Part shown: positions 38,930-48,595 of the stretch, one piece after another
Layout: the number at the start of each line of letters is the position of its first letter
Position numbering within the stretch: the first letter of the stretch is position 1
The notes under the pieces: generated by a model
Told to the model about the DNA's origin: nothing
Databases searched by the model: none
The model's input: the letters and a program-made list of their open reading frames with translations, nothing else
Source: Bacteriovoracaceae bacterium
Lineage (GTDB): Bacteria; Bdellovibrionota; Bacteriovoracia; Bacteriovoracales; Bacteriovoracaceae
DNA length: 64,000 nucleotides
NCBI GenBank assembly: GCA_947451425.1
Contig: CANGAC010000001.1
Coordinates: 482 to 64,481 of the forward strand
Reading direction: 5' to 3'
Position numbers and translations under genes: made by a program

Positions 38930-39781
38930 ATGAAGAGATTACTCGTTCTGGCCTTAGTTGCAGGAGCCTCATCGGCGTATGCTGATACGTCCCGTTCGCT
39001 TTACGATCTTATGTACCTTCCCAAGGCGGGAACGGTTTACGGAATCTCCACGGCAAACCTTCTTAAGGGCCGGATCATGGACAGAAGTGGCGCCAACGCA
39101 TTCAAAATTGATCTCGATGGTTATACTTTTGAACAAAGTGCTGGTTACTCCCTAACTGACGCGTTTTCTCTCACAGCTAAAATCGGCTACAACACCATTC
39201 ATCTTGATAACGGCGGTTCGGATACAAACGGAATAACGGATCCAAATTTCCAGGGACGCTTCCGGATGATTGATACTGAGTTCCGTCTGGATATTCTTGC
39301 TTCTGCCACAGTTTCACTTGGAGATTCTAAAGAGAAAGGAAATGGGGACACCGATGCGAAAAACGGTGGGCACGATGTCTCTGCCGGAGTTCAGCTAGGA
39401 CATAAATTTGCTGACTGGCAGTGGTCAACAACCGCATTGCTGACCCATTATTTTGAAGCAACTACAGACGTGAGTGGTTCTGGTAAAACGAAAGACGATG
39501 CTCACAATGGCTTGTCTCTCCTGGCAGATGCGCTCTTTAGAGTCGACACCGCGGCTAACCTCAAAATTATGACCGGCGCAATTCTTACTGAGCGCTATGA
39601 AGATAACCAGAGTGGCTCGACACCAAGTTCTAACCGCTACTTAGTGGGCTGGGAATACCAGTATCTCGTGAGTAACGACATCCTAGTCCGCGGAGGCCTT
39701 ACGTATTCCGTGATCAAAGCCAATCACATCGATCAGAACGATCTCTTTACGTTCTCTGCCGGCGCAAATTACCAGTTCTAA
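38930..39781 (+). CDS. Outer-membrane beta-barrel protein
   Basis: Signal peptide; alternating strands; C-terminal 'GANYQF'. Confidence 0.75.
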   Translation: MKRLLVLALVAGASSAYADTSRSLYDLMYLPKAGTVYGISTANLLKGRIMDRSGANAFKIDLDGYTFEQSAGYSLTDAFSLTAKIGYNTIHLDNGGSDTNGITDPNFQGRFRMIDTEFRLDILASATVSLGDSKEKGNGDTDAKNGGHDVSAGVQLGHKFADWQWSTTALLTHYFEATTDVSGSGKTKDDAHNGLSLLADALFRVDTAANLKIMTGAILTERYEDNQSGSTPSSNRYLVGWEYQYLVSNDILVRGGLTYSVIKANHIDQNDLFTFSAGANYQF

Positions 39782-39785
39782 TCCC

Positions 39786-39814
39786 AGAGGGCCGCTTTGA
39801 GCGGCCCTCTTTTT
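39786..39814 (+). terminator. Intrinsic terminator
   Basis: AGAGGGCCGCT-ttg-AGCGGCCCTCT followed by TTTT. Confidence 0.85.
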
Positions 39815-40468
39815 ATGAACATGTGCCCATGGGATTTTCTCCCGAATCAGAACTATCTCTACTGTGAACGCATTCTCTGCGGGTGGGTCGAGCAGCCCGC
39901 CAATACCTGGTCCAACATCGGTTACCTGATGGCGGCGATTCTTGTTCTCCGCTCACTCAAACCAAAGACCGAAAAGATATTTTTCTTCTGGGCGTCTTTC
40001 ATCCTTTTTCTGGGATCGACATTTTTCCATATGTCGGGCACTCATCTCGGAAAACTTCTGGATGTGGGAGCGATGCTGATTCTCTCAATGGGAATCTGTG
40101 CTCTTTCTCTTCAGCGCTGGTTTGCCTGGGATAAACGGAAGACTTATATCACTTATGCTCTTGGGCTCGGAGTTTCCCTTCTTTTTCTCTTCGTCATGGG
40201 ATTCGGAAACATTCCTTTCGGGATTGAGATTCTCATCTCGGCTATTCTGGAATTCCTGATGATTAAAAAGAATCGAGGCTTTCTTGAGAAGAAAACGTTA
40301 TGCCTTGCGATTGGAATAGAATTTTTGGCAGCGGTCTTCTTGGTGCTGGATCTGACGAAAACCTGGTGCGATCCGGATAATCATTTCATCAATGGCCACG
40401 CCGTCTGGCATCTTCTTTCGGCTGGGGCGATTTATACGCTTTATCTCTCCAGAAAATCAGAGGCCTAG
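39815..40468 (+). CDS. Ceramidase-like (CREST superfamily) 7-TM protein
   Basis: 'YCE......QPANTWSN', 'GS.FFH', 'LD', 'HAVWH'. Confidence 0.8.
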   Translation: MNMCPWDFLPNQNYLYCERILCGWVEQPANTWSNIGYLMAAILVLRSLKPKTEKIFFFWASFILFLGSTFFHMSGTHLGKLLDVGAMLILSMGICALSLQRWFAWDKRKTYITYALGLGVSLLFLFVMGFGNIPFGIEILISAILEFLMIKKNRGFLEKKTLCLAIGIEFLAAVFLVLDLTKTWCDPDNHFINGHAVWHLLSAGAIYTLYLSRKSEA

Positions 40469-41356
40469 CTTATCCATTTCTTTTTTCTCGTAATCAGCAT
40501 CCTCACCGGGATAACGGAGAGTCTTATCTTTAGCTGCGTGTGCGAGCATCCAGAGGACACTTTCTCCATGAGGAAGAACATCAGGGATCTGTGAATAGAG
40601 AGGATCCGCAAACGCCTCAGAAGCTCTGATCACATTCCACTTTTTGTCTTTATACATCTGAATCAGATCATCCAGAAAAAGAGCGTTCAGAAGATTGTGA
40701 TGAATGAGAACGGTATGCTTCACCGGGGCTTTCCAGTATTTCTTTCCCATCTCATCGTAGAAAACGGACTTCTTCCACATGTGATTCAGATAATAATCCC
40801 GATAAGGCTTAAGATCCGTCTTCGGATTTTTCTTCAAAGCATCTTCAAGTCGTGAAGAAACGTACCAGTCAGAAGCATCGATCGTGACGTAGCCATTTTT
40901 GTAACCGAGATTTTTCAGGTAGGCCTGGATGGAATCCCTCTGTTCTTTTGTTTTTCCGCCTTTAAGAAATGGGAAGCGGAAGAGGGGAGCAAAGGCCGGA
41001 GAGTCCTTGATCATGTCGTGGCAGAACTTCAAGTCCTTAGAGAAGATTTCAAAGCCTTTCCCGTCATAGAAATAGTGAGAGAGGGTGTGGTTGCCGATGA
41101 GATGTCCGGCCTTTTCCCAGTACGGAATGCGGGCCTTGCTTTCGGGAATACTGAGATATTTGCAGCAGAGAAAGAGAGCGGCCTGCACTTTATGCTTTTC
41201 AAGTGCCCGGAGAACTCCTTCATCTCTTTGCGTGCGGTTAAGCAATGGCTCGGTGTGGAGATCAAAATCATCAATCGTGATCGCAACTTCAGCGGCAAAA
41301 AGTGAAGTAGCAAAAAAAAGGGCCACCGAAGTGGCCCTCAAGAAATTAGTTATCAA
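40457..41356 (-). CDS. Exported polysaccharide deacetylase (CE4/NodB); start probably TTG 41356 or 41341
   Basis: 'AITIDD', 'GNHTLSH', 'FRFPFL', 'LIHHN'. Confidence 0.85.
   Translation of the reverse strand: MITNFLRATSVALFFATSLFAAEVAITIDDFDLHTEPLLNRTQRDEGVLRALEKHKVQAALFLCCKYLSIPESKARIPYWEKAGHLIGNHTLSHYFYDGKGFEIFSKDLKFCHDMIKDSPAFAPLFRFPFLKGGKTKEQRDSIQAYLKNLGYKNGYVTIDASDWYVSSRLEDALKKNPKTDLKPYRDYYLNHMWKKSVFYDEMGKKYWKAPVKHTVLIHHNLLNALFLDDLIQMYKDKKWNVIRASEAFADPLYSQIPDVLPHGESVLWMLAHAAKDKTLRYPGEDADYEKKEMDKLGL
41312..41338 (-). terminator. Intrinsic terminator of rpoD
   Basis: AGGGCCAC-TTCG-GTGGCCCT plus T-tract, 7 nt after the rpoD stop. Confidence 0.9.
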
Positions 41357-43085
41357 GGTACGATTTGAGAAGTTTCGCGCGCGAAGGATGGCGGAGCTTC
41401 CGAAGAGCTTTCGCCTCGATCTGACGGATTCGTTCACGGGTAACGAAGAAGTCCTGACCAACCTCTTCGAGAGTGTGGTCGGATTTCTCGCCGATACCGA
41501 AACGCATACGGAGAACTTTCTCTTCTCTTGGAGTGAGTGTTGAAAGGACAGAGCGAGTCTGTTCAGAGAGAGTCACACTCATCACAGCATCAGCTGGAGA
41601 GATGATTTTCTTGTCTTCAATGAAGTCACCGAGTGACGAATCTTCTTCTTCTCCGATCGGAGTTTCAAGAGAGATTGGCTCTTTAGAGATCTTGAAAACT
41701 TTCTTCACTTTATCGACAGAGAGTTCCATCTTCTCAGCAATCTCTTCCGGAGTTGGTTCGCGACCAAGTTCCTGGATGAGCTGACGAGATGTACGAGCGA
41801 GCTTGTTGATAGTTTCGATCATGTGAACCGGAATTCGGATCGTACGACCCTGATCCGCGATGGCACGTGTGATCGCCTGACGAATCCACCAGGTAGCGTA
41901 TGTGGAGAATTTATAACCACGACGATACTCGAATTTATCAACGGCCTTCATGAGACCGATGTTCCCTTCCTGAATGAGATCGAGGAACTGGAGACCGCGG
42001 TTGGTGTATTTCTTAGAGATCGATACAACGAGACGTAAGTTCGCTTCCACGAGCTGAGACTTCGCTTTATCGGCTTTCTCTTCACCTGTTACGATGATGT
42101 TATAAACCGAATAGATATCTTCGAAGGCCATACCGGCGTCGATGGCAAGACGGCGAAGCTTACGAAGGATGTCTTCCTGCGTACGGATCATCTGCTCGAT
42201 TTTTGCGTCTGTAGTGAAGAGGTTACGGGCAAGCTCGCGCTTGTACGCATCGTCTTCCATCAGACGGTCATACATGACTTTGTATGAAGCATCGTCAGTG
42301 ACTTCGAGGAATTTATAAATCCGTTCCTGCTGCTCATAGAGTTCGCGGAACTGGAGGTAATAAGATTTCACTGGTTCAGTGAAAGAGTTGATGATCTTAC
42401 GGTTGAAGGTAAGGTCAACGAGTTCATTACTCACTTTATTCATGAGCGTCTGTTCAAACTCTTCCATCTTTTTGAGTGTTCCGTCTTCATTCACGATTTT
42501 GGAAAGAAGGTCGCGGACGTGCTCAACAACCGCGAAGATTCTGTCGCGGGTATCGTGAATGTCTTTTTCCGGAGACTCGTCATCGAGACCACGGACGAGA
42601 TCTTTCACGTACTCGTTCTGCTCTTCGGCTTGAACGATTTTGTTTTTCAGCTTGAGGATTTCTTCGAGTGCGTGCTTGGACTTCAGGCATGAAGTGACGA
42701 TCTCTTTTTCCCCTTCCTCAATTTCCTTGGCGATTTTTACTTCGCCTTCACGTGTGAGGAGGGCAACAGAACCCATTTTCTTAAGATAAAGTTTAACTGG
42801 ATCGGAAGACGATGCGCGAAGTTCAGCTTCCTCGTCGTGAGACATAGGATCTTCTGCGACTTCCGTGGAGGCTTTTTCGCCTTCCTCTTCGTCGACTTCA
42901 GCCGTCTTAACCTGAATGCGGGCTTCTTCGATCTTCTCCATGATCATGTCGATGGAGTGTGGATCTACAATGTTCGCAGGAATGGCGTCGTTGATCTCTT
43001 CCGGGGAGAGATACTGTTGATCTTTCCCTTTCATGACCAAACGGGAAAACTCCCGCGAATTTAAAAAGGCAACAACGACTGACAT
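41346..43085 (-). CDS. rpoD: Primary RNA polymerase sigma factor sigma70
   Basis: 'DPVKLYL', 'ANLRLVVSI', '[16 protein letters not shown]', 'TLEEVG...[10 protein letters not shown]'. Confidence 0.99.
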   Translation of the reverse strand: MSVVVAFLNSREFSRLVMKGKDQQYLSPEEINDAIPANIVDPHSIDMIMEKIEEARIQVKTAEVDEEEGEKASTEVAEDPMSHDEEAELRASSSDPVKLYLKKMGSVALLTREGEVKIAKEIEEGEKEIVTSCLKSKHALEEILKLKNKIVQAEEQNEYVKDLVRGLDDESPEKDIHDTRDRIFAVVEHVRDLLSKIVNEDGTLKKMEEFEQTLMNKVSNELVDLTFNRKIINSFTEPVKSYYLQFRELYEQQERIYKFLEVTDDASYKVMYDRLMEDDAYKRELARNLFTTDAKIEQMIRTQEDILRKLRRLAIDAGMAFEDIYSVYNIIVTGEEKADKAKSQLVEANLRLVVSISKKYTNRGLQFLDLIQEGNIGLMKAVDKFEYRRGYKFSTYATWWIRQAITRAIADQGRTIRIPVHMIETINKLARTSRQLIQELGREPTPEEIAEKMELSVDKVKKVFKISKEPISLETPIGEEEDSSLGDFIEDKKIISPADAVMSVTLSEQTRSVLSTLTPREEKVLRMRFGIGEKSDHTLEEVGQDFFVTRERIRQIEAKALRKLRHPSRAKLLKSYLDN

Positions 43086-43095
43086 AGTATCTCCC

Positions 43096-44970
43096 TTAGG
43101 GCGAATCCTTGAGGCTGAGGATTTCTTTATCTAGCTTTGAAATCTCGCTCAGGATTAAATCAATTTCAGTTTGAGACGGTTCGGATTTCTGGCGCTCCAC
43201 TAAAATCTTTCGTCTCGTTTTTAACAGGTCCATCTGCAAAGCCTTCTTGTAATCTTTCAGAAGGCGCTCAACGACTTTTTCATTTAGTCGATTCCCGTGA
43301 CTCGAAAGTGCATCGGTTCCCAGATCAACGATTTCTTTTGAGTAGTCTCCGTAAAGAATCTGATCCCTTACGAAAGCGACATATTCAGAATCATCGATTT
43401 CTCGATAAATTTTAACGAGCCATTGAACTAGCTTTTTTACCTCATCCTGGCCGATTAAGGCAAGAATTTCATTCTCATTCAGATGCGTCAAGAACTCGGG
43501 ATGACAGAGGATTTCGCGAAGGAAGAGTCTTTCACTTTTCGTCATGGGCACTGGTTCTTGACTCTTGTTCTGGAGATGCAAATTTCGGGCCTCGGCTTCC
43601 GTTTCCAGCAGAATTTCTTTCTCCTCGAGAGGAACGGCTTTCGGTTGAAGAGCCAGAGTTCTTTCTTTACTGCGACTTAAGTGTGTCTTGTAATCCGAAA
43701 GAATTGTTTCAGAATCCGAGCGAAGTCCCAGTCTCTTGGCAGCTTCGACGATTCTTTCTGTGGCAGAGAGGTGCTCTTTCAAAGGCGATACCAATTCGAA
43801 TACGCGCTGCAGAGCATTTAACTTCACTTCTGTGTTCTCCGGAATTTTTTCCGGAATCACTTCATCAATAAGCGTGTTGAGGAGGATGGGAGCCGTCTCC
43901 ATCCTCTCCATGAGTGCCAGGCGCCCGTGAGCGAGGAGGAATTCGTCCGGATCTTTTGCGGGAGCAAATGAGAGGAGTTTCGGCAGAACTCCGATTGCCA
44001 TGAAGTCAGCGTTGTATTTTTGCATGGCCTTTTTTCCGGCGAGATCATTATCCATTCCGAAGAAAATATTCTTGGTCATGTTGGTGAGAAGTCGAACGGA
44101 CTGATCGGAGAGTGTCGTTCCCATGGTTGCGATGGTCTCGGTGAAACCATACTGATGCATCATGATCACATCCATATTCCCTTCAACGAGAATGGCGCGG
44201 TCATTATTTCTGATCGCGGTCTTCGCGAAATAAAAACCAAAAAGGATGGATTTTTTATCAAAAGCAAAAGACTCGCTGGAGTTGAAATATTTCTGTTTCT
44301 GGTCGGCGTGTACGGCCCGGCCGGTATAGCCGCGGATCTGGCCTGAGTGATCGTGAATCGGAAACATTACCCGGTCGCGGAAGAAGTCGTAATAACTGTT
44401 TCTGTCTTCGTTGTGACGGACGATGCCGATTTCCATCGCCGTTTTCCGGGCGAAATCGCCGTCAGCGCCGGGGATACTGTCCAGATAGTGGTAGAGAGCA
44501 TTGTTTCCGGGAGCGAATCCCAGATGCCATTTATCGACGGATTCCTGCGTGAGTTTTCGTTTCTCCAGGAATTCTGTGAACTCTTTTGGTGCGGCCGATG
44601 CCACTTTTTCATAGAGCTTTAGCGAGGCATTAAGAACCCGGATCGCCATTTCGACTTTGGGATTTTTTTTCGTTTCTTTCTGGAGTTCATCGAAGGGAAG
44701 TCCCAGGATCTGGGCGCATTCCCTAAGGGCCTCGACGAATTCGATTTTCTTATAATCCATGACGAAACGGATATGGTCACCACCGGCACCGCAGGCAAAG
44801 CACTTAAACATGCCCTTGGAATCGGTGACGGTCATGCTGGGTTTGGAATCGGCGTGGAATGGGCAGAGGCCCACGAGAGAAGAGCCACTGCGTTTCAGCG
44901 GCATGAAATTACTGATCACCAAAGAAATCGGCGATTCCTTAATTCGATCCTTGAGGTCACCGTATGCCAA
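43096..44970 (-). CDS. dnaG: DNA primase
   Basis: CHC2 zinc finger 'CPFH...CFAC'; TOPRIM 'VEGNMD', 'DND.AG'; upstream of rpoD. Confidence 0.97.
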   Translation of the reverse strand: MAYGDLKDRIKESPISLVISNFMPLKRSGSSLVGLCPFHADSKPSMTVTDSKGMFKCFACGAGGDHIRFVMDYKKIEFVEALRECAQILGLPFDELQKETKKNPKVEMAIRVLNASLKLYEKVASAAPKEFTEFLEKRKLTQESVDKWHLGFAPGNNALYHYLDSIPGADGDFARKTAMEIGIVRHNEDRNSYYDFFRDRVMFPIHDHSGQIRGYTGRAVHADQKQKYFNSSESFAFDKKSILFGFYFAKTAIRNNDRAILVEGNMDVIMMHQYGFTETIATMGTTLSDQSVRLLTNMTKNIFFGMDNDLAGKKAMQKYNADFMAIGVLPKLLSFAPAKDPDEFLLAHGRLALMERMETAPILLNTLIDEVIPEKIPENTEVKLNALQRVFELVSPLKEHLSATERIVEAAKRLGLRSDSETILSDYKTHLSRSKERTLALQPKAVPLEEKEILLETEAEARNLHLQNKSQEPVPMTKSERLFLREILCHPEFLTHLNENEILALIGQDEVKKLVQWLVKIYREIDDSEYVAFVRDQILYGDYSKEIVDLGTDALSSHGNRLNEKVVERLLKDYKKALQMDLLKTRRKILVERQKSEPSQTEIDLILSEISKLDKEILSLKDSP

Positions 44971-44972
44971 TT

Positions 44973-45692
44973 TTAACCCTTCAGGTTTTTCAGGACGATG
45001 GATTTGATGAGGGTACCCTGACTCAGGAATATCTTTTCAAACTTCGTCGTGAATTGCGAGAGGAAATGTTCCGGGAATTCCGAGCGCAGGTCACGGGATT
45101 GCATGAGCACTTCAAATCTTTTTTCTTCTTTGAGTTCGTTGAGCATCCATTCGAAATAAGCGTCGTGGTCTGTTTTCACAAAGAGCGTTCCGCCGGGCTT
45201 CAGGACCTTGTGACAGGCATCTAGGAACGGTTTCTGGAACAGGCGCTTTTTATTATGACGCTTTTTTGGCCACGGATCCGGGAAAAAATAAAAAACCGAC
45301 TGAACTTCACTCTCATCAAACATGAACTGAAGTCTTTCTCCGCGGGCGCGGAGGTACCGGAAATTTTTATGCTCGAGCTTATCGAGCTTCTGGGCGAGTG
45401 AAAAAGAGCGCTTGAAACGGTGATCAAGCCCGATGAAATTGATCCCGGGATTTTTCTGGCAGTAATCGAGCATGAAATCGCCGTAACCGGTTCCGATTTC
45501 CACTTCGAGAGGCCGGGAGTTGCCAAACTGCTCGTTCCACTTACCGACGTTTGTTTCTGCCAGTTCATCCCGGAGGACAAAGGAATCGAAGACGCCAAGT
45601 TTGTCGTGATAGGGATTGGTATGTGTGTACTTAAAATCTTTCTGATAACAGAAGTTATCTTCCATCTTTTTAGCGGGTCTTTCTGTGGTCAT
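44973..45692 (-). CDS. trmB: tRNA (guanine-N7)-methyltransferase
   Basis: 'EIGTGYG', 'FPDPWPKKRH.K.RL', 'KTD', 'TKFEK'. Confidence 0.95.
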   Translation of the reverse strand: MTTERPAKKMEDNFCYQKDFKYTHTNPYHDKLGVFDSFVLRDELAETNVGKWNEQFGNSRPLEVEIGTGYGDFMLDYCQKNPGINFIGLDHRFKRSFSLAQKLDKLEHKNFRYLRARGERLQFMFDESEVQSVFYFFPDPWPKKRHNKKRLFQKPFLDACHKVLKPGGTLFVKTDHDAYFEWMLNELKEEKRFEVLMQSRDLRSEFPEHFLSQFTTKFEKIFLSQGTLIKSIVLKNLKG

Positions 45693-45730
45693 AAGAGTGG
45701 GGAAATTAGCAGATTAATCGTGGTGCGTAA

Positions 45731-45760
45731 ATAAGAAAGCCCCTCTGTTTCCAGAGGGGC
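45731..45760 (-). terminator. Intrinsic terminator of flagellin gene
   Basis: GCCCCTCTG-gaaa-CAGAGGGGC followed by TTTCTTAT on the minus strand. Confidence 0.8.
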
Positions 45761-45785
45761 CGTCGTCATTTCAGAACTTTGAACA

Positions 45786-46619
45786 TTAGCCAATCAATTT
45801 CAGAGCTTGCTGACCACTTGCGTTTGCCTGAGCGAGTACCGAAGTACCTGCCGCAGTGATGATCTGGTTACGGGCCTGCTTAGCAGTTTCTTCAGCATAA
45901 TCCACATCGCGGATTCGGCTGTTAGCTGCACTCATGTTCTCAGAGAAAACCTGGAGGTTTGTCACTGTAGAAGTGAGTCGGTTCTGAGTAGCACCAAGAA
46001 CCGCGCGCTGGCCGGAAACTTTCTCAATTGCACCGTCGAGAGCAGCGAGAGAATCCTGAGCACTTTCTTTCGAAGAAACGTCTGCACTTTCAATCCCGAT
46101 CGATTCGAGACTTGCATTCAAAGATGAGGCGTTGAAAGAGATCCTGTCTTCGAATTCGTCGTTCCCTGAGCCAACCTGGTAGTCATACTTCTCTCCGCTT
46201 CCGTCGAGAAGTTTCTTGCCGTTAAACTCAGTCACTTTCGAGATACGATCCATTTCCGACTTCAGCTGTTGATACTCAAGGTTCGACATTTGTCTCTCTG
46301 TATCACCGACAGTATCAGATGCTGATTGCATTGCCAGTTCGCGGAGACGAGTAAGAATGTTACTGGTCTCGTTCAAACCACCTTCTGCAACCTGGATCAT
46401 CGAGATACCATCATTAGCGTTTCGGGTAGCCTGCTGAGTAGAACGAATCTCGGCTTTCAATTTCTCCGAGATCGCGAGCCCAGCTGCATCGTCTGCCGCT
46501 TTTGTGATCCTTTGACCAGAACTCAGCTTCGCAAAGCTAGATTCTGTTTCTCTGTTTACTTTTCCAAGCGATGTTTGCGCCTGAAGTGAAGCAACGTTCG
46601 TGTTAATTCTAAAACCCAT
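45786..46619 (-). CDS. fliC: Flagellin (short, 277 aa)
   Basis: 'RINTNV', 'LSSG.RI..AADDAAGLAIS', 'SRIRDVDYA.E', 'LAQAN'. Confidence 0.97.
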   Translation of the reverse strand: MGFRINTNVASLQAQTSLGKVNRETESSFAKLSSGQRITKAADDAAGLAISEKLKAEIRSTQQATRNANDGISMIQVAEGGLNETSNILTRLRELAMQSASDTVGDTERQMSNLEYQQLKSEMDRISKVTEFNGKKLLDGSGEKYDYQVGSGNDEFEDRISFNASSLNASLESIGIESADVSSKESAQDSLAALDGAIEKVSGQRAVLGATQNRLTSTVTNLQVFSENMSAANSRIRDVDYAEETAKQARNQIITAAGTSVLAQANASGQQALKLIG

Positions 46620-46747
46620 AGACTATCCTCCGGTTAATACCATTACTACCTCCTTGGCAGCGACGGGGTGTTCAATTCCCATCTGAGGCATCAATGCCTC
46701 TTTTGATTTTTTTGCTCCAACACTGTGTTGGTGCTTGTTGACCTAGC

Positions 46748-46774
46748 GTTTCGGTTCGATTTCTTGAGTCTTGA
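46748..46774 (-). promoter_or_regulatory. sigma28 (FliA)-like promoter of flagellin
   Basis: TCAA-N15-ACCGAAAC versus consensus TAAA-N15-GCCGATAA; GGA motifs in the 5' UTR are candidate CsrA sites. Confidence 0.6.
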
Positions 46775-46950
46775 GGAAAATTTTTCCGCTATTTTCATTC
46801 GGAAAAATATCATTTTGAAGTGCGTGATTTATGAAGAGAGACCAAGTGTATCAGTCGGGTATTTCGGATTGTTTTGGTGGGTTTTACAAGACGCTCGAGG
46901 GAATCTTTTGTAAAATCACTCGTAAATTCTGTTTCAACAAGAGAGAAAAA

Positions 46951-48063
46951 ATGAAAGTTCCTTTTATCGATATCCTTCGTTACGAAAATGGATTTTATGA
47001 AACTGTCTGCGCGAAAGCTGGTGAGCTTCTCAAGAACGGTCACTTCGTCGGCGGGCCGGTTGTCGGTCAATTTGAAACAGCCCTGAAAGATTACACAAAG
47101 ACTCCCTTCGCTCTCGGTTGTGCGAACGGAACTGATGCCATTCAGCTCGCTCTTCGAGCCGCTGGTGTGGAAAAAAATGACAAGGTTCTTCTTCCGGATA
47201 TGACTTTCTGGGCGACGTTCGAATCCATCGTGAACGTGGGAGCTGTTCCTTACGTCATCGATGTTTCTAAAGAAACGCTTCACCTCACTCTTGCTTCAGT
47301 GAAAGAGGGAGTTGAGAAGTTCAAGCCTAAAGCGCTCCTCTTAGTTCACCTCTACGGCTGGGCCTGTCCGGAAACTCTCGAGATCAGAAAATACTGTAAA
47401 GAGCAGAACGTTCTTCTCATCGAAGACTGTGCTCAGGCGATCGGAACAAAAATCAAAGGCGAAAGTCTTCTCGCAGGTGCTTTTGTTTCAACGACAAGTT
47501 TTTACCCGGCGAAAGTTCTTGGTGCGAGTGGGGATGCTGGAGCTGTTTTCACGACTGATCAGAAAATTGCTGATACAACGAAAATTCTTCTTAATCACGG
47601 ACGCACTGGTCACTATGATCACGGAATGATTGGCTGGAATTCCCGTCTTGGTGCCTATGAAGCGATGTTCATGCTCGAATCCCTCAAGCACCTCGACGCA
47701 AAACTCGCGAGTCGTCGCCACGCTTGCGAAGAATACAGAAAGAAAATTAAAAATCCTCTTATCCAAATGATCGGGCCTTCAGCAGATGTCTGGGAAAATG
47801 GGTATCTCTCGGTTGCCCTCATGACTCCGGAATCGAGACCTGCATTCATGGAATATCTCAAGAAGCACGAAATCGGATTCGGAAACGTTTATCCTGGGGC
47901 GATGAGTATGCAACCAGGAGCAACTGCTCATCTCGGGGGAAAAATTTCTCACGGTCATGCGGACTGGATCGCAAAATCAGTGATCAATTTTCCTGCCTTT
48001 GCCTATATCAAACAGGAAGAAATTGATTTCGTGATCAACACGATCAACGCTTATAAACCGTAA
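46951..48063 (+). CDS. DegT/DnrJ/EryC1/StrS aminotransferase
   Basis: Start 'MKVPFID'; 'IEDCAQA', 'SFYPAKVLGASGDAG', 'GWNSRL'. Confidence 0.93.
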   Translation: MKVPFIDILRYENGFYETVCAKAGELLKNGHFVGGPVVGQFETALKDYTKTPFALGCANGTDAIQLALRAAGVEKNDKVLLPDMTFWATFESIVNVGAVPYVIDVSKETLHLTLASVKEGVEKFKPKALLLVHLYGWACPETLEIRKYCKEQNVLLIEDCAQAIGTKIKGESLLAGAFVSTTSFYPAKVLGASGDAGAVFTTDQKIADTTKILLNHGRTGHYDHGMIGWNSRLGAYEAMFMLESLKHLDAKLASRRHACEEYRKKIKNPLIQMIGPSADVWENGYLSVALMTPESRPAFMEYLKKHEIGFGNVYPGAMSMQPGATAHLGGKISHGHADWIAKSVINFPAFAYIKQEEIDFVINTINAYKP

Positions 48064-48069
48064 TTCGTT

Positions 48070-48246
48070 TTATTTTTTCTTGAGCCAGCTTTCCAGAACG
48101 AGAGCGGCTTTCTTACAATCTTCCGGATTTTTTTGAATTCTTTCATTGAGGCGCTTTATGAGCGCCTCAATGATCTGTTTGTCACGGAGGTTAGTCTCCT
48201 GGTCTTTCTCTGAGTACAGCTTAGAGTAAAGTTTCGGAGCGCCCAT
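48070..48246 (-). CDS. 58-aa small protein absent from the ORF track; C-terminus resembles FliF C-terminal motif
   Basis: Manual translation MGAPKLYSKLYSEKDQETNLRDKQIIEALIKRLNERIQKNPEDCKKAALVLESWLKKK; ATG 2 nt after the upstream gene's stop. Confidence 0.6.
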   Translation of the reverse strand: MGAPKLYSKLYSEKDQETNLRDKQIIEALIKRLNERIQKNPEDCKKAALVLESWLKKK

Positions 48247-48248
48247 AA

Positions 48249-48482
48249 TTAAGCAACTGAAGCTTCAGGAGAGCGTTTCTTGTGAGACGCTACCTTAGTC
48301 ATGTGCTCTTCGATGATCTCAAAGAGTTCGAGTTTTGTGGTTTTAGGATCCATGCCTGCTGGCATCACGGAATAAACAACTTCATTGTTCACTTCGGAGA
48401 AAATGAACCATGTGTTTCCGATCTTCTGGAAGAGAACATCTTTAACATTGTTTTGAACTGTATTGGTGTTTGCTTTTGTCAT
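48249..48482 (-). CDS. Small hypothetical protein (77 aa)
   Basis: GGAGG RBS; sigma28-like promoter upstream. Confidence 0.7.
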   Translation of the reverse strand: MTKANTNTVQNNVKDVLFQKIGNTWFIFSEVNNEVVYSVMPAGMDPKTTKLELFEIIEEHMTKVASHKKRSPEASVA

Positions 48483-48540
48483 AAACCCTCCGTGGTTTTT
48501 TTAGCGTAATCACTTCCTGTGATTCGTGCTGATGAATATC

Positions 48541-48567
48541 TTTTCGGGAGGGATCGTCGAAAGTTTA
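48541..48567 (-). promoter_or_regulatory. sigma28-like promoter
   Basis: TAAA-N15-CCCGAAAA; leader contains hairpin AATCAC-AGGAA-GTGATT (CsrA-type). Confidence 0.65.
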
Positions 48568-48595
48568 GACAGATTTTAGGGGAGGCAAATTGTGC

